IMG/VR virus record: IMGVR_UViG_3300018492_000224 | Span: 1-37,470 of that record | DNA length: 37,470 nucleotides | Origin: a virus | Strand: one strand, 5' to 3' | In this document: positions 17,413-27,135 of the stretch, one piece after another | How the letters are laid out: each line of letters starts with the position of its first letter | Position numbering within the stretch: position 1 is the first letter of the stretch | Notes under the pieces: generated by a model | The model's database searches: none | Told to the model about the DNA's origin: nothing | The model's input: only the letters and a program-made list of their open reading frames with translations | Position numbers and translations under genes: made by a program

Positions 17413-17898
17413 ATGTTCTGTATGAAACCACAGTTTTTGGGTATCAAAGCCGCTGCGTCTAATATCGGGCATGCGGTAGGCAATTATACAGCGGAAATGT
17501 TCCAGCAGGACTTCCCGCAGTTTTTTACAGCTGATGGAGAATCCCTTCTGCCAGAAACGATGCTGAATCAGTTTATCAGCCGAGCGAACACATCTATCCA
17601 GCCGGATAAATGGCTAGACGGTTGGCGGTATGCAGCTGGGCTGTATGTAGCCCATTATGCGACTTTGTATCTGCGTACCTTTGCTCCTGCCAGTGAAACA
17701 GCAGGACAGGCGGCAGCCACAGGAGCGTTGGTTGGTGTGGTGAAATCGGAAACACTGGGAGATACCAGCGTGACCTATGACACTTCTGCATTGACCAAAG
17801 CCACAGAGGACTGGGGCAGCCTGAACGCCACCCAGTATGGTCAGATTCTGGCGACAGAAGCAAGACTGGTGGGCATGGGTGGAACCCTTGTTATTTAG
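17413..17898 (+). CDS. Putative head-tail connector protein (DUF4054-like)
   Basis: FQQDFPQFF ... WRYAAGLYVAHYATLYL resembles DUF4054. Position is after the capsid gene. Confidence 0.5.
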   Translation: MFCMKPQFLGIKAAASNIGHAVGNYTAEMFQQDFPQFFTADGESLLPETMLNQFISRANTSIQPDKWLDGWRYAAGLYVAHYATLYLRTFAPASETAGQAAATGALVGVVKSETLGDTSVTYDTSALTKATEDWGSLNATQYGQILATEARLVGMGGTLVI

Positions 17899-17910
17899 GG
17901 GGTGTGGTTA

Positions 17911-18291
17911 ATGAATTTTGACGCATGGTATACCGATACAGTAGATGTTTGGCGTGTGGTGCCGGATGAATCAAAGGCACTGATTTCCAACAGCAGAGAA
18001 CAGGTTTTGACAGCTGTTCCTTGCCGGGTATATCGTTCTGGAAAGAAAGCCATTCAGATGCAGCAGACCGCGGCAAATATCAATCAGGAGGATAGTTTGG
18101 CTTGCGGTTTGGACGTGGATATTCGTCCCGGTGATGAGTTGATCATCCATCGTGGCGCAAGAATCGGCAGGAATTTTGCAAATATCCGAGCCTTTGCAGC
18201 AGACCCAAACTATTACCCAGAACCGGTGGGGAACATAATGGGGGGACTAGCCCATCAGGAAATCCATCTGCTGCAACAGGAAAGGGTGTGA
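17911..18291 (+). CDS. Putative head closure / head-tail adaptor protein (XkdH position)
   Basis: ATG 17911 lies 7 nt after GGGGGTG. Size and position are typical. No diagnostic motif. Confidence 0.45.
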   Translation: MNFDAWYTDTVDVWRVVPDESKALISNSREQVLTAVPCRVYRSGKKAIQMQQTAANINQEDSLACGLDVDIRPGDELIIHRGARIGRNFANIRAFAADPNYYPEPVGNIMGGLAHQEIHLLQQERV

Positions 18292-18295
18292 CGCT

Positions 18296-18796
18296 ATGAG
18301 TTTTACAGTCAGCTTACAGCAGCGCATCCAACAGCTGAAAAAAGCGCAGGAAGATGTCCCAAGGGTACTGGCAGAGGTGGCAAAGGACGCTACTCTGCGT
18401 GCCATAGAGGCGGCAACAGATGCCACACCACCCACAGCTGGTGATTTTCGTGGCACAAATACCCGCAGCGGGGAATTGAAACAGCATTGGGCAACCGACA
18501 GCAAAACAGAGCCGCAGATCACGGAGAATAAAGTGGAAACAGAACTGCGGAACAATCTGAACTATGCCTCTTATGTGAATAACGGACACCGCATGGATCA
18601 GCATTTTGTTCCGGGGTTATACATCAACGAAGACAGCGGTCTGCTGGAGTATAACCCAAACAAGGATGAGGGCATGGTCGTTGGTACCAAAACAAAGTAT
18701 GTCAAAGGTAAGTTTATGGCGGATAAAGGAAAACAGGCTTATGAAAAAACGGTGCTGTCAGAATTGGACAAAAAGATAAGGGGGCTGATGGAATGA
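18296..18796 (+). CDS. HK97 gp10-family neck/tail-completion protein (XkdI position)
   Basis: NNLNYASYVNNGHR matches the y-A-x-y-v-e/n-x-G signature of the gp10 family. Confidence 0.6.
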   Translation: MSFTVSLQQRIQQLKKAQEDVPRVLAEVAKDATLRAIEAATDATPPTAGDFRGTNTRSGELKQHWATDSKTEPQITENKVETELRNNLNYASYVNNGHRMDQHFVPGLYINEDSGLLEYNPNKDEGMVVGTKTKYVKGKFMADKGKQAYEKTVLSELDKKIRGLME

Positions 18797-19248
18797 ATTA
18801 TACAGTGGAAACGGTTGCCGATTCTTTGTCGAACTATCTGAAACTATTTTTACCTGAATTTTCTTTCTACCAAGACCCCAATCAGCAGGGCACCAAAATA
18901 CCCTGTATGTTTCTACAGCAACGGTACAGCAACATCAAGCTGGAAACTGGCGGGTACTATTTGCGTACCATCGGCTTAGACCTGACCTGTCTGGAAGAAT
19001 ACAACCTGCCCGATCTGCAGCGGAGATACCAGAAGACAGCGGAGATTTTGGACTTGCACATGGAAACATTTCCCTACACAGACGGCATCCAGACAGAGCC
19101 GGTACAGATTCGCACCTATGACAGGGAATGGGACATCGATCTGAACGAACTGCACTATCGTTTTGAAATCAAAGAGCGTGTGCGGATTCCGAAAGAAACC
19201 ATCAAAATGCGTACCATTGAAAGATACAATGAGGAAGTGGTGGAATGA
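18793..19248 (+). CDS. Putative tail-completion protein (XkdJ position)
   Basis: 151-aa ORF, translationally coupled, immediately upstream of the sheath region. Confidence 0.45.
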   Translation: MNYTVETVADSLSNYLKLFLPEFSFYQDPNQQGTKIPCMFLQQRYSNIKLETGGYYLRTIGLDLTCLEEYNLPDLQRRYQKTAEILDLHMETFPYTDGIQTEPVQIRTYDREWDIDLNELHYRFEIKERVRIPKETIKMRTIERYNEEVVE

Positions 19249-19418
19249 AAAAAGAAAACAAGTCCCAGGAAAAACGGTACAAACGGGAAGCGCTGCTGAA
19301 AAGCAAGCGCTTTTCTCATGTGCAGCAGGATTTCCTGCGGGCGATTTTGACAGAAGAAACTTATACCATGGCAGAAGCCCAGAAAGCGGTGGATGCCTTT
19401 TTTGGAGGTGAGAAATAA
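19245..19418 (+). CDS. Small hypothetical protein (57 aa)
   Basis: Not in the ORF track. Sequence MKKENKSQEKRYKREALLKSKRFSHVQQDFLRAILTEETYTMAEAQKAVDAFFGGEK. It has an ATGA overlap upstream and a TAATG overlap with the sheath start. Confidence 0.4.
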   Translation: MKKENKSQEKRYKREALLKSKRFSHVQQDFLRAILTEETYTMAEAQKAVDAFFGGEK

Positions 19419-20764
19419 TGGCAGGTGGAACATGGACCAAACAGGATAAGGTACGCCCGGGCGTCTATATCAATTTTACATCAGAGTCCCAGAGGGGGCT
19501 GTCCATTGGCAGCCGTGGTGTGGTTGCCATTTGTGAGCCGATGAGTTGGGGACCTGTTGGAAAGGTCATGGAAGTATCAGCAGGGGCAGATACGACACCC
19601 TTCTGTGGCTATCCCATTTACACGGCACAGGCGCGGTTTTTGCAGGAAATCTTCAAAGGCAGTGACCGGACAGACGGCGCTACAAAAGTGCTGCTGTATC
19701 GTCCTGCCGCAAGCAGTGCCGTGCAGGCAACGGTAACAGAGGAGCAGATGACAGCCACAGCCCTTTATCCGGGTGTTAGAGGGAACGATATCACCATTGT
19801 GGTGACAGAACAGGCGGACGCGGAAGGTAGCTTTGATGTGCAGACCGTTGTGGATGGTGTTGTGGTGGATACCCAGACGGCAAAAAATGTGGAAGAACTA
19901 AAAGCCAATGGATGGGTGACATTCAGCGGCAGCGGTGCATTGACAGAAACAGCAGGGGTGAAACTGGCAACGGGTGCAGATGGCACTGTGGAAACAGCAG
20001 CTTATACCACATTCCTGTCCAATATTGAAGCCTATGACTTTGACATTCTCATTTATGATGGCGATGACAGCACGGTACAGGCGGCAATGGTCAACTTTGT
20101 GGAACGTCTTGCCGATACACAGGGCAGATATTCCCAGCTGGTTGCTTATGGCTTGAATGTTCCTGACAGCCGTTTCGTTATCAATGTATGCGCAGACATT
20201 ACAGGTATTTCCTTTGCAGATGGCACTACACTGACAGGCAAACAGCTCTGCTGGTGGGTAGGCGGCACAGAGGCAGGGGCGAATTACAACGAGTCTTTGA
20301 CCTATGCCAAATATCTTGATGCCGTATCTGTGACACCGGCGATGACCAATGACCAGATCATTGCGGCTCTGCAGGCGGGGAAATTTGTGGTATTTGCGGA
20401 AAACGGGGCTGTGAAAGTGGATTCTGACATTAACAGCCTGACAACCTTCACAGCGGATATTTCCAAACCATATCAGAAGAACCGTGTGATCCGTACCCTG
20501 CATACCATCGCCAATGACCTGTATATGCAGTTTTCCGAGAGCTTCATCGGTGTGGTAGATAATAATGCGACAGGACGGGATTTGTTTAAGGCTGTCATTG
20601 TTGGATACTTGCAGGAAATGCAGGCAAACAATGCCATTCAGAATTTTGAGCCGGATGACGTGGACGTACTGCCGGGGGATGAAATCGACGCGGTTGTCAT
20701 CAACCTGCGGATTCAGCCTGTGGACGCAGCGGAAAAACTGTATATCACAATCACAGTAGCGTAA
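19418..20764 (+). CDS. Contractile tail sheath protein
   Basis: N-terminus MAGGTWTKQDKVRPGVYINF is typical of XkdK-type sheath proteins. 448 aa, followed by the tube gene. Confidence 0.85.
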   Translation: MAGGTWTKQDKVRPGVYINFTSESQRGLSIGSRGVVAICEPMSWGPVGKVMEVSAGADTTPFCGYPIYTAQARFLQEIFKGSDRTDGATKVLLYRPAASSAVQATVTEEQMTATALYPGVRGNDITIVVTEQADAEGSFDVQTVVDGVVVDTQTAKNVEELKANGWVTFSGSGALTETAGVKLATGADGTVETAAYTTFLSNIEAYDFDILIYDGDDSTVQAAMVNFVERLADTQGRYSQLVAYGLNVPDSRFVINVCADITGISFADGTTLTGKQLCWWVGGTEAGANYNESLTYAKYLDAVSVTPAMTNDQIIAALQAGKFVVFAENGAVKVDSDINSLTTFTADISKPYQKNRVIRTLHTIANDLYMQFSESFIGVVDNNATGRDLFKAVIVGYLQEMQANNAIQNFEPDDVDVLPGDEIDAVVINLRIQPVDAAEKLYITITVA

Positions 20765-20776
20765 GGAGGTGTGGAT

Positions 20777-21247
20777 ATGTATTTACTGGCAAAAGATACC
20801 GTCAATGGTGCCGAGGGAAAAGTCTTTGTCACCAGAAATGGAAAACAGATTGAAGTGGCAGGCATGATGAATATCACCACTTACGCAGAAATCCAAGGCA
20901 AGGAAATGCGTGTGGTGGGAACCAGAACCATCCAGAACAAGGCAAATGGCGCAAAACAGACAGGCAAAGGTAATATCTACTATGGTACCAGCCTTTGGAC
21001 GGACATGGTGCTGGAGTATATCAATACGGGTAATATGCCGCAGTTTGATTTGCAGATCACTAACGACGACCCAACCAGCAGTGTGGGCAGTCAGTCCATT
21101 GCTTACTATGGATGTGAGCTGACCGGTTCCATCCCGCTTTCCATTTTGGATAGTGAGGAAGCCATGCTGAATTATGAATTTAACTTTACCTATACCAGAG
21201 TAGCCAAGCTGCGTAGCTTTAACGAGCCTGCGTCTTATGGCGGTTGA
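20777..21247 (+). CDS. Tail tube protein (XkdM-like)
   Basis: About 156 aa directly after the sheath gene. ATG 20777 lies 7 nt after AAGGAGGTG. Confidence 0.8.
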   Translation: MYLLAKDTVNGAEGKVFVTRNGKQIEVAGMMNITTYAEIQGKEMRVVGTRTIQNKANGAKQTGKGNIYYGTSLWTDMVLEYINTGNMPQFDLQITNDDPTSSVGSQSIAYYGCELTGSIPLSILDSEEAMLNYEFNFTYTRVAKLRSFNEPASYGG

Positions 21248-21264
21248 GAAAGGAAGGAATATAA

Positions 21265-21681
21265 ATGAGTAAATTATTTGCATTTTTGAACCCCGTCCCT
21301 GTACATGAGGAAAAGGAAGTATTTATCTCTGATCGTTTCAAAGACGAGGAAGGAAAAGTGGTTCCCTTCCGAATTAGATCTGTGACACAGGAAGAAAATG
21401 ATGCATTGAATCGTCAGAGTTTCCGTAAGGTAAGAGGGGCAGACGGTCAGATGGTAAAAGAATTTGATCTGATCACTTACCGCAGAAAACTGGCTGTGCT
21501 GGCAACGGTTTTTCCTGACTTCACAGATAAAGAACTTTGTGACGCCTATGGGACTATGGATGCCACAGAAGTTGTTCCCAAAATGTTGCGTTCTGGTGAA
21601 TTTTCCTTCTTGATTGAGAAAATCGGTGAACTTTCTGGTTTTACCGCTGACGACTCAACAGTAACTGAAGCAAAAAACTGA
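21265..21681 (+). CDS. Tail assembly chaperone (XkdN-like), short form
   Basis: 138 aa between the tube and tape measure genes. Ends ...TEAKN-TGA on a slippery heptamer. Confidence 0.75.
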   Translation: MSKLFAFLNPVPVHEEKEVFISDRFKDEEGKVVPFRIRSVTQEENDALNRQSFRKVRGADGQMVKEFDLITYRRKLAVLATVFPDFTDKELCDAYGTMDATEVVPKMLRSGEFSFLIEKIGELSGFTADDSTVTEAKN

Positions 21682-21857
21682 TTGGCGGCGGCGATGCGGA
21701 AACGATGATCGCATATTATTGCTTTGTCAATTTCGGCATGCTGCCGCACCAATACGCAGAGCTTCCATATCCGGAACGGATTCTGATCGCTGAATTTGTG
21801 ACAAAGGAGATTCACGACAGAGAACAGCAGAGAAAGGAGATGGAATGTCATGGGTAA
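21265..21857 (+). CDS. Tail assembly chaperone, -1 frameshift-extended form (G-T-like)
   Basis: Slipping at 21672-21678 adds LIGGGDAETMIAYYCFVNFGMLPHQYAELPYPERILIAEFVTKEIHDREQQRKEMECHG. The product ends 8 nt inside the tape measure gene. Confidence 0.6.
21672..21678 (+). promoter_or_regulatory. -1 programmed ribosomal frameshift heptamer A_AAA_AAC
   Basis: The zero-frame codons are GCA AAA AAC TGA. The -1 frame is open from 21678 for 59 codons, up to TAA 21855-21857. Confidence 0.65.
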
Positions 21858-23883
21858 TATCAGAGAAGTATTAGCCATTGAGGACAAGTTTTCTGCTGGG
21901 CTTGGTGCTTACATCAAAATGATGGAGCAAAGTGGAGCTGTCACAAAAGAAACCACTGCGGCTGCCAAAATGGCAGCCCAGCAGGCGCGCGTATATCAGT
22001 CGGCTTTACGGGTACAGACAGCGGAACAGAGGCTGGCTGCGGCTCAGGCAAAGGCACAGACAGCCAGTATCCGTGCCGCCGCTGCGGCGGAAAAGGAAGC
22101 GGAACGACAGGCAAAAGCCGCTGCCAAAGCACAGAAAGAGTATAACCAGTCCATGGAAAGTGGTACTGGTTTGGCAGACCGTTTGACCACATCTGTCAAA
22201 AGGCTGGTCGGTGGATATATTGGGATGCAGAGTGTCAAGGGATTGCTGCAGATGTCAGATACCTTGATATCCACTACAGCAAGGCTAGATATGGTCAATG
22301 ATGGACTGCAAACCACTGCACAGTTAAACAGCATGATTTTCCAGAGTGCCAACCGTGCCAGAGGTTCTTACACAGAAATGTCTGCGATGGTATCCAAATT
22401 GGGGTTGCTTGCCGGTGATGCTTTTGGCAGCACACAGGAAATCGTTGCCTTTGCGGAGCAGCTGAATAAACAAATGGCGATTTCCGATACCAGCACCATG
22501 GAAGGGCAAGCTGCTATGCTGCAGCTGACACAAGCCATGGCATCCGGTGTACTACGTGGGGAAGAACTGAACTCTATCTTAGAGCAAACCACTATGATTG
22601 CCCAAACCATAGCCAATTATCTTGGGGTGAATGTTGGGCAGATGCGAGAGATGGCGTCTGAAGGGGCTATCACAGCAGATATCGTAAAAAATGCCATGTT
22701 TGCCGCAGCGGAAGAAACCAATGCAAAGTTTGAAGAAATGCCTATGACTTGGGGGCAGGTTTGGACGATATTTGGAAACTATGCGACGAAAGCCTTAACG
22801 CCTGTTTTGACAGCTCTCTCTTGGGTTGCGAACAATCTGGGAATCATTGCTCCGTTGGTTCTGGGGGTGGGGGGCGCGTTTGCGGTGTTCCAAGTAGCAG
22901 CAAACTGGACGAAAATAGCTGCGGCAGCCACAGGAATCTACCATGGAGCCGTAACGCTACTATCGGTTGGCTTTGGTGTATTAAGGGGCAGTACGAATGC
23001 GGCAGCCGTAGCACAGATGACATACAACAGCGCGCTGTTTGCTTGTCCGTTGACATGGATATTGATGGGGCTGGCGCTCATCGTGGGCGCGTTATATGCA
23101 GTTGTAGCTGCCTACAACCATTTTACAGGTGCGTCCGTTTCTGCAACAGGCATCATTGCCGGTGTGATGTCGATGCTGGGCGCCCATGTTTATAACACTG
23201 TGGCGTTCATGTATAACGGCTTTGCGGTATTTGCAAATTTCATTGGCAATGTGTTCAATAATCCTGTGGCTGCGGTGAAAGTGCTTTTTTATGATCTGGC
23301 ACAAACAGTCTTGGGCTATTTGTTGAATATCGCCAATGGTATCGAAGGACTGGTCAATAAAATACCCGGTGTGACCGTAGACCTGACCAGTGGTGTGGAA
23401 TCGTGGATCAATAATCTGGGGGCAAAGTCAGCCGCAGTCAAAGAGTCTTCCGGCTGGAAAGAATACTTCTCCCCTATGGAATATAAGGACTATGGCAGTG
23501 CATTTTCTTCCGGCCACGATAAAGGCTCCAACTTCTTTTCCAATATTTTTGGTGGTGGCGTTGGTGCTGATCCTGGTAATTTTTCCGCCGGCGGTGCTTC
23601 TCTGGGCGATATCAATGATAAACTGGACGGCATTGGGAAAGATGTGGGCAGTATCAAAAAACCAGTGGATATGTCCAAAGAAGATATCAAACTCATGGTG
23701 GATATGGCTACCCAAAGATATGTCAATAAAATCAATTTGACGGCGCAGACGCCTGTTATCACAGTAAATGGTGCCAATACCGGCAACACAGAAGCTGACA
23801 GGAAATCTCTGGCAGATGCGTTGGCAATTATCCTGCAGGAACAGCGGGCAGCCGGCAGTGCGAAGTCTACGGCAAGGGTATAG
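21850..23883 (+). CDS. Tail tape measure protein
   Basis: 677 aa with an Ala/Gln/Lys coiled-coil N-terminus, a central block SMIFQSANRARGSYTEMSAMVSKLG (TP901-type core) and hydrophobic segments. Position is canonical. Confidence 0.85.
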   Translation: MGNIREVLAIEDKFSAGLGAYIKMMEQSGAVTKETTAAAKMAAQQARVYQSALRVQTAEQRLAAAQAKAQTASIRAAAAAEKEAERQAKAAAKAQKEYNQSMESGTGLADRLTTSVKRLVGGYIGMQSVKGLLQMSDTLISTTARLDMVNDGLQTTAQLNSMIFQSANRARGSYTEMSAMVSKLGLLAGDAFGSTQEIVAFAEQLNKQMAISDTSTMEGQAAMLQLTQAMASGVLRGEELNSILEQTTMIAQTIANYLGVNVGQMREMASEGAITADIVKNAMFAAAEETNAKFEEMPMTWGQVWTIFGNYATKALTPVLTALSWVANNLGIIAPLVLGVGGAFAVFQVAANWTKIAAAATGIYHGAVTLLSVGFGVLRGSTNAAAVAQMTYNSALFACPLTWILMGLALIVGALYAVVAAYNHFTGASVSATGIIAGVMSMLGAHVYNTVAFMYNGFAVFANFIGNVFNNPVAAVKVLFYDLAQTVLGYLLNIANGIEGLVNKIPGVTVDLTSGVESWINNLGAKSAAVKESSGWKEYFSPMEYKDYGSAFSSGHDKGSNFFSNIFGGGVGADPGNFSAGGASLGDINDKLDGIGKDVGSIKKPVDMSKEDIKLMVDMATQRYVNKINLTAQTPVITVNGANTGNTEADRKSLADALAIILQEQRAAGSAKSTARV

Positions 23884-23894
23884 GAGGTGTGAAA

Positions 23895-24662
23895 GTGGCA
23901 GCAAGAAATGATTTTGCTTTGTTTTTTCAAAAACCAAGTGCAGGTACCATAGATATAATCAGACTTCCTGTCAATCCTGAAAAACTTCCTGTTTCGCAGG
24001 ACAGCGCAAACGAGGAATACAATGTGTTGGGCATCGGTCCCATTATGGTACCGAGAATCCCAAACCTAAAGAAAGTAACCATCGAAAGCTATTTCCCCGG
24101 TCGGATTGACCGTATGACTTTGACCAGCGGTGATTTCCGACCGCCGGAGTTTTACATCAATTTCTTCCGGAGCGCTATGGCAAACAAAGAGGTGCTGATC
24201 TATACGCCTACCAGGTATTATGAGGACGGCACCCCTTATTTTGTCAATGACCCGGGCATCCATGTATTGGTGACTGGTTTCCAGACAGAAGAACGAGGCG
24301 GTGAAACAGGGGACTTCTACTATACACTGGAATTGACTGAGTACAGAGATTATAGTCCTCTTACCGTTCAGATCCAGACAGAAGCAACGGCAGAAAAGCC
24401 TGCAACAGCTACCACAGAGCAGACCCGAAGTATCCCAAAAGGACAACTATATGTGGGTATAACAGCAACCTTAAACGGAAAATATTTTTATTCCAGTTAT
24501 GGTGACAAGCCTTCCGGAAGCGGAAACGGCAGACGGGTGGTGGTGTCCCGTATCATCAATGATGACAATGACAGACCATATCCCGTCCATGTGAAATCAG
24601 AATCCGGCGGTGCTTTGGGCTGGTGCAAAAAAGGAGACTTACAGGGGGTAGATACACAGTGA
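23895..24662 (+). CDS. Tail/baseplate-associated protein (XkdP position, no LysM seen)
   Basis: GTG 23895 lies 7 nt after AGGAGG. Position is after the tape measure gene. The C-terminal region may be SH3-like, which is only an impression. Confidence 0.5.
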   Translation: MAARNDFALFFQKPSAGTIDIIRLPVNPEKLPVSQDSANEEYNVLGIGPIMVPRIPNLKKVTIESYFPGRIDRMTLTSGDFRPPEFYINFFRSAMANKEVLIYTPTRYYEDGTPYFVNDPGIHVLVTGFQTEERGGETGDFYYTLELTEYRDYSPLTVQIQTEATAEKPATATTEQTRSIPKGQLYVGITATLNGKYFYSSYGDKPSGSGNGRRVVVSRIINDDNDRPYPVHVKSESGGALGWCKKGDLQGVDTQ

Positions 24663-25627
24663 AAACAGAACTTTTGATCACGGAAAAGCGGACAGGAAGG
24701 CTCTGGGACGCTGCCCCTTGTGTGTCCACCGCGAGCTATACCACTAACCGCACAGGAAGCCCGGGAAAATTTACCTTTACGCTCATCAAAGCTGGCGGCA
24801 TCTCCTTTGTGGAGGGGGATGTGGTACGGTTTTCTGTGGATGGGCAGGTGGTTTTCTTGGGCTGGGTATTTCATAAGAGCAAAGACAGATGGGGCATCAT
24901 TGAAGTGACCTGTTACGACAGCATGCGGTATTTGAAAGCCAATGCCTCTTACCACTTTTATGGGCAGACGGCAGGGCAGATTTTACAGCAGATCGCTGCA
25001 GACTTTCAGCTTCCGGTCAGTACTATCGAGGACACGGGATACCCCATTCCTTCCTTGCTGGAAGACGACCAGTCCTGTCTGGATATCATCGAGGAAGCCA
25101 TCCAGCAGACGCTTTTGAACACCGGAAAGGTGTTTGTGCTGTTTGATGATGGCAATGGTCTGAGCCTGCGGGAAGCGGCAAACATGAAAACAAATGTGGT
25201 ACTGGGTGACCGCTCTTTGGTAACCAATTATAAGTATGAGACAGACATCGACAAGCAGACATACAACAGCATCAAACTGGTGCGGGAAAATGAGGAAACA
25301 GGCAAGGCGGAAGTGGTAGAAGTCAAGGATTCTGCCAACATTGCACGATGGGGACTTTTGCGGCTCTATCAGACTGTAGATGGGGAAACCAATACGGCAA
25401 AGATGCGAGAACAGGCGGAGACCATGCTGGCATATTATAACCGCCGTCTGCGTACCCTCAGTGTGGAATCTCTGGGAGTGCTTGGGCTGCGGGCTGGGAT
25501 GATGATTCTGATGAAAATACAGGGGCTGGGTGACATTGATCTTGACCAATATGTCATGATTGAGAAAATCACTCATACCTTTGAAAATGACAAACATACC
25601 ATGAGTTTTGATACGTTGGCGATTTGA
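24659..25627 (+). CDS. Baseplate hub-like protein (XkdQ / gpD-like)
   Basis: GTG 24659 overlaps the upstream stop (GTGA). About 322 aa in the canonical position. The track start 24623 lies inside the previous gene. Confidence 0.55.
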   Translation: MKTELLITEKRTGRLWDAAPCVSTASYTTNRTGSPGKFTFTLIKAGGISFVEGDVVRFSVDGQVVFLGWVFHKSKDRWGIIEVTCYDSMRYLKANASYHFYGQTAGQILQQIAADFQLPVSTIEDTGYPIPSLLEDDQSCLDIIEEAIQQTLLNTGKVFVLFDDGNGLSLREAANMKTNVVLGDRSLVTNYKYETDIDKQTYNSIKLVRENEETGKAEVVEVKDSANIARWGLLRLYQTVDGETNTAKMREQAETMLAYYNRRLRTLSVESLGVLGLRAGMMILMKIQGLGDIDLDQYVMIEKITHTFENDKHTMSFDTLAI

Positions 25628-25636
25628 GGTGATTGT

Positions 25637-26065
25637 GTGGAGTTAGTAGAAGTACTGCAACAAATCATACAGGAAAATAGTAAAGCCATGCAGCCCGCCG
25701 ATCTGGTGGTGGGGACGGTCACAAAGGTGAAGCCGCTGGAAATTACAACAGACAATCAGGCGGCGCCTTTGCGTTCTCAGGTACTTTATTTGACAGCTGC
25801 GGTTGTGGAAAAGAAAGTAACGACTTTTGCACATAGCCATGATACCACCCACAACCATACTGTCATAGACGCCACTATCATGCCTGCTGGTGAGTGTTCC
25901 ACAGAGCTGACGGGTATCACCTGCTATGAGAATGGGCAGGCGCTACCCAATGACGGCTTTATCACGTTAAACCGAGGGCTGGAATTAGGGGACAAGGTGC
26001 TGATGCTGCGGGTGCAGCATGGGCAGAAGTATGTGGTTTTGTCCAGAGTTTTTCAGGAGGTGTGA
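25637..26065 (+). CDS. Baseplate protein (XkdR / DUF2577-like)
   Basis: 142 aa. ADLVVGTVTKVKPLEITTD resembles DUF2577. Gene order supports the call. Confidence 0.55.
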   Translation: MELVEVLQQIIQENSKAMQPADLVVGTVTKVKPLEITTDNQAAPLRSQVLYLTAAVVEKKVTTFAHSHDTTHNHTVIDATIMPAGECSTELTGITCYENGQALPNDGFITLNRGLELGDKVLMLRVQHGQKYVVLSRVFQEV

Positions 26066-26068
26066 GAA

Positions 26069-26470
26069 ATGGCAACTTTGCCAGAAAATGTGATCAATAT
26101 CTCCCAAGGTGTGACCTTTACGGAACAGCCTTCGTACACATGGTATGTCAATCCAGTGACAGGGCGTATCTCTGGCATGGCTGACGGGTTCACCGCTGTG
26201 AAACAGGCAGTGGAGATACTTTTTTCCGTAGAGCGGTTCCTTTGGCAGATTTACAGCCCAAACTTTGGTATGGAATGGGAAGGTCTGGTTGGACAAAATC
26301 CCGGATATGTGGCTTTGGAGATTCAGCGGAGAGCGAAAGATGCCATCCGTACAGATAGGCGTATGACGGAAATCACAGATTTTTCCTATCAGGTGAATGG
26401 GGATAGTTTGACCGTAGAATTTACGGTACAGACTGTATATGGACCTGTTCCACAGCGGATGACAATATGA
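26069..26470 (+). CDS. Baseplate wedge protein (XkdS / DUF2634, gp25-W-like)
   Basis: 133 aa. SYTWYVNPVTGRISGMADGFTAVKQAVEILFSVERF resembles DUF2634. Gene order supports the call. Confidence 0.6.
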   Translation: MATLPENVINISQGVTFTEQPSYTWYVNPVTGRISGMADGFTAVKQAVEILFSVERFLWQIYSPNFGMEWEGLVGQNPGYVALEIQRRAKDAIRTDRRMTEITDFSYQVNGDSLTVEFTVQTVYGPVPQRMTI

Positions 26471-26551
26471 TTCCCAAAAAGTTTTCCATTTGCAACATTT
26501 ACAATAAATAGAAACATTTTGTGAAATTTTGTTTCTTATAGTTGCAATTTG

Positions 26552-26560
26552 TGATATGAT
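26552..26560 (+). promoter_or_regulatory. Candidate extended -10 promoter (TGaTATGAT) of the inserted cassette
   Basis: TG at 26552-26553 and TATGAT at 26555-26560, in the only sizeable intergenic gap of the tail module. The inverted repeat AGAAACA/TGTTTCT (26510-26516 / 26530-26536) lies just upstream. Confidence 0.35.
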
Positions 26561-26586
26561 GGAGAAAAATGGAAAGGGGAATGTTT

Positions 26587-27123
26587 ATGGGTAAATTTTG
26601 CAAAAAATGTGGAAAAGCAGTAGGAGAAACAGACCAATTCTGTCAGAGCTGTGGGGCAAAGCTGGATAAGGAGAAACCCACGCAGACAGTGACAAGGGAA
26701 GAAGCCATTGCTTCAAAGGGAAAAACGCCTGCAAAAGGCTGTTTGATTGTATTGATTCTGGTGGTCATTGTTGGGCTGGTGAGCTGTGTGGCTATGATGG
26801 GCAGTTCTTCAAAGGTGGAACAGGTAGATAAAATCTTTTTGGAAAGCCTGAATACCAGTGTTGGCGCGGAATGTACCTACACAATGTCAGACCATTTGGC
26901 ATACTACGAAGAAGACCTGCAGGAATATATCGGCAGCGGCAGTTTTACGACACCGGCTACGGGAGATTTGAAGTACACTTATAGCTATCGTGCAGTTGTG
27001 AAAGATAACGAGGTTATTATCATCAAGGCAAGTGTATTTGACCCAGCAGGTGTACAGGTGTTAGACCATTATGATAATGACGCTGAATGGGAACATTTGG
27101 AATCCACAGACCAAGCAAAATAA
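26587..27123 (+). CDS. Zinc-ribbon, single-pass membrane protein (moron-like insert)
   Basis: N-terminal FCKKCGKAVGETDQFCQSCGAKL (CxxC..CxxC), a hydrophobic helix CLIVLILVVIVGLVSCVAMM, then about 110 aa of unknown fold. In-frame ATGs lie at 26569, 26581 and 26587. The last one best fits the SD AAAGGGGA. Confidence 0.65.
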   Translation: MGKFCKKCGKAVGETDQFCQSCGAKLDKEKPTQTVTREEAIASKGKTPAKGCLIVLILVVIVGLVSCVAMMGSSSKVEQVDKIFLESLNTSVGAECTYTMSDHLAYYEEDLQEYIGSGSFTTPATGDLKYTYSYRAVVKDNEVIIIKASVFDPAGVQVLDHYDNDAEWEHLESTDQAK

Positions 27124-27135
27124 AAACGAAGATAG

